64,000 nucleotides of DNA from Chrysomallon squamiferum (taxonomy: Eukaryota > Animalia > Mollusca). The stretch spans positions 11,222,001 through 11,286,000 of the forward strand of contig CM022666.1 of the NCBI GenBank assembly GCA_012295275.1, given 5' to 3'. The notes under the pieces are model-generated. The model made no database searches. It worked only from the letters and a program-made list of their open reading frames with translations, and had not been told where the DNA came from. This document shows, piece by piece, positions 53,101 to 64,000 of this stretch. A program made the translations under genes and the position numbers. The stretch's first letter is position 1. Every line of letters begins with the position of its first letter.

Positions 53101-54249
53101 TTACACTGTCAATTCTTTTCTGTGATACAAAGAGTACAGACAAACCTGTGTGTACCATAGCACTTCACAAAAGTGGCCATTATATACAGGACCATTATTT
53201 CTTTTAAGCCTATTTTACAACTGTCATTGAGAAATACCAATACCTTTGTGAAAAATAGCATTTTTATTTTATAAGAGAATTTCAGGATTAATAAATAATA
53301 AAGAAAAGGCTATAGTTCACTTTTTAAAATTGTAATTTTGGTTTTATGTTTATTAATCCAGTGGTAGAGTGTGATTATTTAGCAGCCAATAAGGAATCAC
53401 TAAAAAGTTCATCTTAATAATCTTAAGAGAACAAATCTTTATTGACTACTGCCTGTAGCAGTTCATGTTTCATTATGAATTGTCTAATCTCAGCAACTGG
53501 ACACCTAACTTTGCTTTTTCTCAACCCTCTGGTGCATGGTAACATTGTTTCAGAGAATCTCTCAAGTGTGTGTTTGCTTTTCAGCTGAGCCTAGTAGAAC
53601 TCACAGATTTTGAAATGCTATGACACTTACTGATAGTTTTCCATGAAAAATGGTGGCTACTGCCCATTATAGGCAGGTGACCATTCTGTACATGTCATTT
53701 AAAGAAGGAAATGCTTTGAGGAGAGTTGTTTGAACAGGTGACCATTATACCAGTTTCAACTACTTAGTTCAAAATAAAATGAAAGACAAAAATCATATAT
53801 ATAGATATAATTTAAATATTTTAAATATTTGATATATTTCATTTCAGACTTTATCTGAAAATTAGGTGATTTTTTTGTTGTTGTTTTTTAATTTATTTTG
53901 CTGTGCTGATTTCATTAAAAGAAATCAGATGTTCCTGTAATTATAAATCTCATAACTGAAGGCTGTTTGTGAATGTTTTGTAAAGTATCATTAATTACAT
54001 TTACTGTGGTGTTCTTGTTATTTATGTTTGTCCTTTTTGTAAAATTTAAAGCAGAAGTTTTAAAATAAAGTGGTGACAAATTGACTTAATTTGTCTTAAT
54101 TTTCTTAAAATGTTTTTCTAGTTTCACATTAATTTAAAGCTTCAGTGATTTAAATAGTTTCAATTATTTTTATTTTCACCTTCGATTCTTTCATTGTAAT
54201 GCACAACATGATAAAACTGATTTAAACTTGGTTTCAATACTGATTACAA

Positions 54250-54582
54250 CAGAATTCACCAACATGGTAACTGCGGGCACCAGGTCCCCCCAGGAACCAC
54301 ATGAGTCGCCCGCAAACCTGTTCTTAAAACAGTTACTGAGATGAATAGAATTAAAGCTGAATACTGATATTATCTGTATCCAACCTTGTTAAGTCATTGG
54401 TGATAATTATTGTGAGAAATCATTAACATGATCAGTGTCTTCACATAGATGGGTATCATTAATAATAATATACAACTAAAAATAAACTGAGCAAATTTGT
54501 TATTTCAGAAGAGTGTAACAAACTTCTTATGACTCAGTACCTATGAAGTAGCTCTCATGTTCAAAATGGTTGGTGACCCCTG
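54250..54582. mobile_element. hAT (Charlie-type) MITE, 333 bp
   Basis: Right TIR gttggtgacccctg; left TIR cagaattcaccaac (degenerate CAGGGGTCACCAAC); 8-bp flanks gattacaa/gtctaaaa resemble the Charlie NTCTAGAN target. Confidence 0.75.
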
Positions 54583-56314
54583 GTCTAAAACAAGTATGGT
54601 TGGCTTTATTAATTAAAATGTAAGGTAAATCATTTTTAATAGAGTTAGGTCCTTTGTGATATTTTTCTCTCAGAAAATATTAAATGTCTTCTTAATCACA
54701 AATATACGCATCTTTGGTTTTACGCATAAAAATACCTGAAAGCCAAGTTATTTATTTCTTTAAACTCGTCAAAATAAAGTGCGCATGAAGAATATTTTTA
54801 CTACGTTTGTAAACAGAGAAAAATCCTCAAAAGACTGATGATAGGCAAATAACAAATTATTCACTCGGTCAAGTTATTTTTTTATTTTCTGCTTGTACAT
54901 AATTTTCAACAGTGTGCTGTCAAGATAAAATGATCAAACATTATTAACAACACCGTAAATAAATTAATTAATTAATATGAACATCATCTACTGTATATAA
55001 AGAAAATTAGCTATTACAAACAAACATTGTTTAATTATATACATATTTTATACTAATAACAAATCAATTTATTGAACGTTTTGAGGTTTCCGGGTATTGT
55101 TCGCACAATCGCGCGCACACACACACAAACATACTCACGGACTCGTGCACTTCAAATATATAAATTAATGAGAACAGGTATGCAACAGTAGCAACGTATG
55201 TAAAGTAAAGTTATAGGAATAAAAATGTTTAATGCATATATACATAATATATATATGTTTCATACCAGTATATTATTAATTTCACAGAATTTTATGTTGC
55301 GAGAAATTACAGAATTTCTTACAACTTATTTACGTTTTGTTTACGGTTGTACTTTGAACGTGTCAGGTTTCAAAATGAATATGTAAAAAGCGACAATATA
55401 CAACTATCAGAAATGAGATATTTCAATTCCCTGTGAGAAATTTCAATTTTCTCTTTGCGAGCCCGAAATCAAATAATAAAGTTTAATTTGTTAATGGGCG
55501 TTAATAACATTGCTGTTCAACCTTTCGCTTGAAATAAAAAGAATGGATCCTTTTAGTCAGGTTAAGATGTGATACGTCCTACATAGCCAGGAGGGGGGCA
55601 GATATGGGTAATGAACTATTTATGGAAAAGATGAGCTGCTCGGAATTCTTTTATAATTCTTTTATTATTTATTTTTATTTTTAAATCAACTCGCTAAATT
55701 TCTCAAACAAAAGTTTCTGTGAAATTAATATACTGATTTTTCTGTCTATCAAAACTTGTATTTCAGTCCCTTCTCAAAATAATACATTATTCGGAGTTCA
55801 GATGCATAACGTTAATTTAAGGTTCAATACACTAAACAGTTAACAGGAATTCATATATCTAAAACAAAAGAAGTTGTATAAACACTTAATATATTCTTAA
55901 TATAAATTAAATTTAAAGAAAAACTAATTAAAGTTCTTTTCAGAATTCAAAGCATAATCAAATATTAATTGTTCAATCAAAGAAATTGCAAGTTGGTTTA
56001 TCAAAAGTCAGGGTTCAGGAATTATTTTATTTGAAAGTTGAAGTTCTAGAATGTTTATCGTTGGTGTACGATTTCCCGTGTAAGAACGAAGAAAGGAGCG
56101 ATGTTTCGTCAGACTCGCACAAGAATAAACGAACGACTGTCACGCTTTTGACGTCTCTCCGTTCATAACTCTATACTGACTTTCCGTTTGATGAAGAATT
56201 ATATGTGTGACCAGACGAAACGAAAACAGAAACCATTTCAATATAAAGACAGTTAATGCTTAATGGAGAAGAAGTCTTGTACTCCTCACTTATTTACTAC
56301 AAAGAACCCAGCAG

Positions 56315-56835
56315 GACACACGCCCCGTTTCATTAACAGGCGGACTGAATTCGAAACTGAAAAACGCTCAATTTGGTTGCAGTTGGATAGAATTTTATAC
56401 AACTTATTTACATTTTGCTTATTTTACAAAAGATAAAAGGATAGAACTGTGTTTGCACTGCATTCACCGAAGGCAGGTCAGCACCCTCTGACGGTAAAGT
56501 TTTTGCTGTAAATATCGGACGTAATTTTAAAGCCCTTATCGCCTTACAGCCTTCTGCTTAAAATCGAACAATAGCGAGATAATATTATTATAATGATATA
56601 TATGTCAAAGAAACACAAATTATTAATGTATACCAAAAAATTCAAATTATAAAATTGCCAATATAAAACACGACACCCGCCCAGTGTTATTAACTAATGG
56701 ATTGAATTCGAAACTGGAAAATGTGCGTTTTTTGTTTGTTTGTTTTTTACTGTTGCATTGAATTTCCTATACCTTAATTATATTTTGCTTAATTTATAGA
56801 CAACAAAATGATACACGTAGGTTTGCACTGCAGTA
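56315..56835. repeat. Diverged local duplication (~150-bp copies ~360 bp apart)
   Basis: tgaattcgaaactg.aaaa, attttgctta.ttt and gtttgcactgca are shared at 56346/56703, 56412/56782 and 56451/56821. Confidence 0.8.
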
Positions 56836-57165
56836 AAATATTGGACATGTTTTCAAAACCGTTATCGTTATTTGATATGTCAGTAAACAGGGAAATAATT
56901 TGAAAAGCTTAATACTTATTAAATGTCTGTTTTATGGCCATATAAAAGTATTATTTTCAAAGCAGATAACTAATAAGAAAGTTAAACGACATTTATTTAT
57001 TATTAATTCTGATCAGTATTTTAATATCAAAATGCTTCAGTACTGATAAATATATAATATAGATATGGATAGATATATATCATTCATTCATTGTCACGGA
57101 ATTCAGGTTGCGTAACAATTTGTTACTTCATCTGGAACTGGAACTGGAGAAAAATTAACGTGCTA

Positions 57166-57406
57166 AATCAGAGCGAGCCGTTGTGAAGCACGTCTGCGAC
57201 AGGCACGCTTTTCTGACACAAGTGTGTCCAGCATATCGAATCGTAACGAGCTGATTGCGGTGTTTTGTTGTTGTTTTCCGCTCGTTGTGTGACAAGAATC
57301 CCTTTCTCTTTTCTTCCCCAAAACTCTTTTCTGCGACAGACACGCCCGCTGACCTGTCAGAAAGCGTGCCTGTCGTAGACGTGCTTCACAACGGCTCGCT
57401 CTGATT
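57166..57406. mobile_element. 241-bp GC-rich MITE with ~53-bp near-perfect TIRs
   Basis: aatcagagcgagccgttgtgaagcacgtctgcgacaggcacgcttttctgaca versus tgtcagaaagcgtgcctgtcgtagacgtgcttcacaacggctcgctctgatt: one mismatch and one indel. Confidence 0.85.
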
Positions 57407-59211
57407 AGTATGGTAAGCAATTGTCTATTCTTATTTTAATAGTGTGTAATATGCAATTAACCTGTGTCAATAACATTTATTATTCCTAAAATTTAAATGT
57501 TTTAATCTGTCCTCCGTGCAGATTCTTAATTTGACCTTACTCGTATCATTAATCAAAATTACTTAAATGTATGTTTTATGATTGTATAATGTATATCAAG
57601 TCACCTGTATATCATAATGAAATAATGAACGTGAACCTTAACTGGTGTTGTGTTTATTTCTCTAGTGGATAGATAGACTTATTGATTTATATCGATTGCT
57701 GTCAGTTTAGAGTTTATATTCCTTGTTAGTGGCTATTAAAGCACCTTGTTATCCTAGGCTGAGATTTAAATATAACATCAAAGATGTTTAATGGTTTGGG
57801 CCCCGTGACAAGTCATAACTGAAAAAAAAAAAAACAACAACTAAAAAAAAAAAAAATACATCACAACAAATATAATAATTTGTATTAAATAACAATATTA
57901 ATTTTAAAAATATTTTCAATATATATATATTCTCCATACATATTTATATATTTCATATTCTTTAGGGCAATGTGACGCAGAGAACAGTATCCTCTTTAAA
58001 ATGTAATGTGTAATTTAGAAGCCCCATGGTTTCTTTAAGAATTATATATTGTGAAGTGTTGTTTTAGGTTAGGGAGATCAGTTTTACAACATACTAGGCA
58101 GAGATGTGGCTGTCAGCTGACAGTTACATTGTTCCAGCTGACTTGGATAACTATACGTTTTTAGAGCTCTGTTTAAGTAACTGAAACGTAGTTGTGGCTT
58201 TCTAACAAATATCTATTTTACTACGTGTGTGTGTGTGAAGTATTATAACTATTAGTTACAGGATAGCTGATAATCCGAGATCAGACCGATCAAAGAAAAC
58301 TGAAGTTTTCATCTCTAAAACAGTGAGTGTGAATAGGTGGGAATCTGAGGTCAACATGTGACCATCAGTAATTGTAAGCATCCATACCACAGTAGTGTTA
58401 TTATTAACTGATAGTCACGTCAACGTCCTACTAAGTAGTATACTTGCGTATTCAAATACATCTTGGTGTGTGCTATTTTACCTTGAAGGATATAAACTTT
58501 TATGAATTCTTTATTATTATTATTTTTGTTGTTGTTGTTGTTGGTATTGTTTGCACGTCAATTATTTTATCAATACATGTGCAACTTGCTTTATCAGTGG
58601 CATTGTTATTATTATTTTTTCCCTAATGACAATTTTTCTGGCACGATTAATGATTTTTGCACTACTTCGTCCTGTATAGCGGGCATATTGTCAAAATCTG
58701 GTAATCGCTAATATTCATACGAGGTTATCATCAAAGCCACTCATTTCGGAGAAGAAATGCACCCGATACAAAACAAATTAATTCATGGCCCAAAATTGCA
58801 TTTGTATCCTATCGGTGTCGTTTCAAGCCGTAGACTTGATTCGAGTCCAGCGCGCACTCCATATAATAATATTTTGCGATTAGTTTGTAGTTGTTCGTCC
58901 GTATTATTAAACGAAACAAGGATTTCTGAAACTATATAGATGTTCGCTCAGTGTAACAAACTCAAGGCTAAACCATTTAAACACAAGAAGTGTCAATTAA
59001 ATAAATCAAGATTATTAACTAGATGCATATATTAAATCTATGTAATAATCAATGAATATTCTTACCGTATTCGTTATATAATTATACAACATTTATATTC
59101 GTTTATTTTTAGCGACTATCTCGTGATCGTCATATGATAACTTACTCATTTCAGGGTAAAGTAACTCGTTAGTGTCAATGCATTTGTACTGGATACAAAG
59201 AAGGCAGAACA

Positions 59212-59375
59212 ATGTCTGAAACAGAAGATGAAAAAAAACATCTTTTAGGTTCTTCGAGTGAAGAAGAAGAACTGTCAGGATGTGGTGCTACTCTGGCGTG
59301 CAACCCAAGGAGAGCTCTGCACAAGTACTTAATTTTAGTAATCATGTGCTTCCTTAGTTTCGGTATGTATAAAGA

Positions 59376-59427
<52 letters not shown>

Positions 59428-62400
59428 GTAAAAGGCCCACATAATTGATATAATGAACAGACTGTTTACAGCTGTTAATGCTTATGGCAAAAATAAGACA
59501 ATATACATCATTAAATAAAAATATTCTTGAATGGCTTAAAAGTGAAATAACAGGCTGTCAAAAAGTGTTTGTTAATTGAAAATAGAGGCAGATTCATTTT
59601 AGAAATCAGTTTTTCAAAATAATAAATGTGTCATTTTGAAACATTTCAGGGAGCTATTTTTGTTATGATAACCCAGCTGCTCTACAAGACACAATGATAA
59701 AAGATCTTGGATTGAGTGAAAGTGAATTTATGGAATTTTATTCTTGGTATTCATGGCCTAATGTCATCTTGTGCTTTTTTGGTGGCTTTCTTATTGATAG
59801 AGTCTTTGGTGTCCGTTTGGGTGCAATCATTTTCAGCTGTTTTGTTACAGTTGGGCAGGTTTGTATATTAGTTTTAACTTATCTTTTACAACATACAGGA
59901 ATATGTGCATTCTGTTTTACTGTTGCCAGTACTATTAATTAAAGTGTTCAGTTATTATCATCATAAATGTTACTATGTCATCAACCATTTAATTTTTCAT
60001 TATTACCAAAGAAAAGGAAAATTGGATACAATTTTAACTATTTCACTCGATAAAAATGTTTTATTTTCAGGTTTTGTTTGCTCTTGGGTCTCTGTTTAAT
60101 TTGTTTCCACTAATGTGTGCAGCTCGTTTTGTTTTTGGGTAAGTTTTAAAACATTTAAAAAAAAAAACATCCTTTTCACACAAAAATAACAAAAAGTATT
60201 ATCAGTGATGCCAGTGTAAGTTTACTGAATTAATCAGCAAACTTCAAATGGTGTTGTCTGGGAGTATAAATCTTTTAAATTTATTTTTCAGACACTTGTA
60301 ATTTGGTTGAATGCTCTTTTAACTTTCAGAAACCTATTATCACAGATTTGTGTTATGTTAAATAAAATTAATATTGATTTTTGATTTTCAGTATTGGAGG
60401 AGAATCCTTGGCAGTTGCTCAGAATACATATGCTGTGAAATGGTTTCAAGGAAAAGAGTTAAACATGGTTTTTGGTCTTCAACTTAGTTTTTCTCGTGTT
60501 GTATGTATTTCATGTTATCTGATTATTTCCCACTAAATAACAGAAGCAATAATAAATGAAATATAATTATTAGTCTAACAAACATTAAAAGCATATACAG
60601 TTAAAAGTAATTGTCAGAATAAATTATGACAGAACAAATATGAATTATGCATGAATATTAAATGTGTATGTCATTTTGAAGTTACTGGAAGTAATTTAGA
60701 AACTGTTTTCAATGTTTATTTTTAGGGCAGTACAGTTAATATGAATGTGATGCTACCAGTTTATCAGCTTATAAACGAACATTTTTCTGGCTACACATGC
60801 CTGGGTGTCGCTTTATTTGTGGGTATGTCTCTTATTTTATGTCATATGAAAGGTTTTCAGTTTCTTTACAAACAATACAGAGTGAAAATTATTTGTTATT
60901 GATCCCTAAGTTAAAAAATACATTTCTTTTTTTTTTTTTATTATTATGAAATGATAAAGTGATAAAAAAAAAAAAAAATGACTTTAATAAGTAATATCTA
61001 TGTTTTAATAGGTGCAGGAACATGTGTGTTTTCATTGTTTTGTGCTTTGGCCCTGGCATTCTTTGACAAGCGGAATGACAGAGTTTTGAAGAGGAAAGTA
61101 AAGAAGACAGGTTAGTGTATAAAATGCACATTTAAATAATGTGACCTTCATCATTGTATTGTGATTTATATTGGTCAAACACATTAGATTGAACCAGTGT
61201 TGTAATGGTATGAGAAGAACTTGATGTGCAACTCCAAAGAAATAGTCTTCCTTGTCATCATAACTACACAAGTGTTGTGCTTTTACATAGCAGTGTGAAC
61301 AACCATAGTACACAGTAACAAATGCTCTGCCTTAGTCTTTTGTGAACTATCATAATCTACAGAAATGCATGCACTACCTCAGTATAGAGTCATTTATGAA
61401 CACTAGGTTAGTGTTTAGTAATGTATGAACTACCATAATCTGAAAAAAATGTAAACACTACCTGAGTGTATAGTAATCATTGTAATATATGAATACCATA
61501 GTCTTTAGAAAAATAAACACAGACATTTATAAAACTGACATTTATGGTCAGCTGATTTTGGTATTAACAAGTATGGTCATGTAACAAATTTTCTGATTTT
61601 GACTTGCTGTATGCCCCAACATACACCAGAGCTTGCCCAGTTGTCTTAGAGAATAACATAAAATATGCTGACTTGTAGATCTTTATTTTAATTGTTCAGT
61701 AAGTTGCTGAGTATTAACAAATGAATTTAATACAAATATTTTTTTTAATTTTCAACCATTTACATTGGCTGTATTCTTGTCATTGACTTAGTCTTGAAGA
61801 ATTTGTATGATATATCTGTGTTTTGAAGTCAGTTATTTTAGGGAGTCAATACAAGAGAAAAGGAGAGGGAATTGGGTTTTCCTTTATAGAGTTTAAAATG
61901 TTATTGAAGCATATGATGGGGAGATCTTAATGTTTAAAATAATAAAACTGTTAGAAGGAATAACCAGATTGTTTTGAATTACATAATAGTTCTTCAATGG
62001 CCTTTTAATATGACTCAGCAGGAATGTGCCTTATGATATCACACATTCAGCGTTTGGGCATTTGACAGTGTACAAGTACCAACACATGGTCAGCTAATTG
62101 CAACAACTTGACAATAACAAATCAATCAACTAAAAACATTTTTTTAAATAACTACATAGAAAACTATATTAATTGAAATATGACACAAAATGACTTTGTT
62201 TCTTGATGATTTACATTAACAAAAATCAGTTGACAGCAGATTATGAGGTAAATTCTACTATGTTTTTCATTAGAGTATATTACTTGAAGTGATGGCAGAA
62301 AGCAAGGTCTTGTGTATTTTGTGTATTTAAATGCTTGGTACTCAGCATTTTTAGGGAGATAAATGTAGAATATATTATACCGAGAGGTAATAAAAAGCTG

Positions 62401-63300
62401 CTCTGATAGCATCAGTGTCTGGGTTTTTTCCTCTCATTTTCTAACATGTCATATCTATCTTTTGCAGATGAAGTAATTCGCCTGACTGATGTAAAATATT
62501 TCCCAGCATCCATGTGGCTAATTTGCATAATATGTGTTACGTATTATGTCTCCGTGTTCCCATTTGTTGGTCTAGGCTTGTGAGTTTTCAGTTAATATTT
62601 GTATAAACATTTTTTTTTTTTTTTTTTTTTTACTGTACCAACTTTTTTTTAGTTTTGTAACATAATTACTTCCTTATAGACATTTCTGAAAACAAATTGT
62701 GGATGTAATTAATGTCAGTTTTTGACTACTGGGGTTGAAAAACATTATACTAATAACAATTAATTCTCAATTGGATACAGTCATTTGATTCTCAAATTAT
62801 CTTTAATGGTTGTTTTATGTTATACAACTTAATGGTTATGATAATATGACCATATAATTAACATGTTTTAGGTATTTTATTACAAAAATTCTTTGCAGAG
62901 TGTTTTTTGAAAACAAATGGAATCTCTCACCTACTCTAGCCCGTAGTGTTAACAGGTAAGTTGAAATTTTTCTAGGTGTAAATAGTTTATGAATTCTTCA
63001 GTTTGTATAAACTGGGTTCTCTTCAGTCCTTGTTACCATTATAATGGAAGTTTGTTACTTACAGATTATTTTAATACCAATCAGTTATGTTAATTAAAAA
63101 AAAAAAAAAAAAAATTATTGTTTAAATTTAGGCTATTGAAAATGAAATTAAAACAAATTATATGTTCTTCAATTCAGACTAAATTTTTGAAATATAAAAT
63201 CTTACTTCAAAAGAAAATGTTATGGCATCCTTGTCATACAAACTTAATTTGTTCAAGAGATACTGTATAGAGAAAACACTAACATACATACATAAATTCA

Positions 63301-63334
<34 letters not shown>

Positions 63335-63341
63335 AATTTAA

Positions 63342-63372
<31 letters not shown>

Positions 63373-63985
63373 TAGTATACATTATTTCTGCTGTAGCATC
63401 TCCACTCTTTGGATTTCTCATTGATCGCTCAGGAAAAAATTTATTCTGGGTGATGATTGGTGTGTTGGTGACTCTTGGGTGTCATGCACTCCTTGCTTTC
63501 TCTTTTATCAGCCCCTTTGTTGCCATGGTAAGTTTTTATTTGTAATTGTACAACTGTAGACTAGCTGTATGCTTATGGTACAGTTTAAGAAATGATACAG
63601 ATAGGCATTCCTCTGTGTTTGCTGTTGGTCTAAGTCATGACAAACATGTGCCAGACATCGGTTCTATTGAAGGTTGTATACCTATATATGGAGTAGTATA
63701 GCATGAAAGATCCATTCTAAATATTTTCATCATCGCAAAATTGCTATTATTATAATGTGGTATTGTTAAAATGAATATATTTACTTTTTGTGGTATTTTA
63801 TTTTATTATATATAGAAAATGAATGCATCAGAATGATTTCCCTCAATACGAAAGACAATAATGTATTGTGTATTTTGTTTCATTCAGACCACAATGGGGC
63901 TGTCGTATTCTGTTCTTGCCAGTGCTCTCTGGCCCATGGTATCATTAGTGATGCCTCAACATCAGCTTGGTACAGCATATGGCAT
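59212..63985 (+). CDS. MFSD1: MFSD1, lysosomal major facilitator (dipeptide) transporter; first 10 coding exons, 3'-partial
   Basis: MSETEDEKKHLL...MCFLSF|GSYFCYDNPAALQ...YSWYSWPNVILCFFGGFLIDRVFGVRLG...IGGESLAVAQNTYAVKWFQGKELNMVFGLQLSFSRV. Exons 59212-59362, 59650-59858, 60071-60138, 60392-60500, 60726-60822, 61012-61110, 62468-62579, 62899-62955, 63376-63527, 63889-63985. The N-terminal [DE]xxxLL lysosomal signal (EKKHLL) is present. Confidence 0.95.
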
Positions 63986-64000
63986 GTAAGTTTGCCTTAA

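Noticed and set aside
53135-53765. Possible old MITE (cag.caaacctg...caggtgaccatt) in the TTC21B 3' region
   Set aside because: Termini are too decayed to confirm.
58345-58425. CLEAR/TFEB-like motifs (catgtgac, gtcacgtca) upstream of lysosomal MFSD1
   Set aside because: Neither matches GTCACGTGAC, such partial matches are expected by chance, and the TSS is unknown.

Overview
AT-rich, microsatellite-rich animal genomic DNA; the 18S signatures suggest a lophotrochozoan, probably a mollusc. From left to right the window holds: a 69-bp satellite array (1-1.7 kb); a 3'-truncated, multiply deleted 18S rDNA pseudogene with CpG-rich ETS-like upstream sequence, abutting a LINE fossil; and a cryptic minus-strand multi-exon locus (about 4.2-22.1 kb) that the ORF track misses, with intact splice sites but many in-frame stops. 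That locus carries a MULE-like foldback element and a young full-length Ty3/Gypsy element (identical 188-bp LTRs, tRNA-Ser PBS) in one intron. Next come a Tigger remnant, a complete ~38-exon TTC21B/IFT139 gene (27622-53100), hAT and other MITEs, and the 5' ten coding exons of MFSD1 (59212 to window end). TTC21B introns contain a GC-AG intron, tandemly duplicated splice sites and a 30-bp minisatellite in which each unit carries both a forkhead site and a 5' splice-site consensus. All alignments and counts were made by eye, and family calls rest on recalled motifs, not database searches. Most short ORFs in the track are repeat artefacts.
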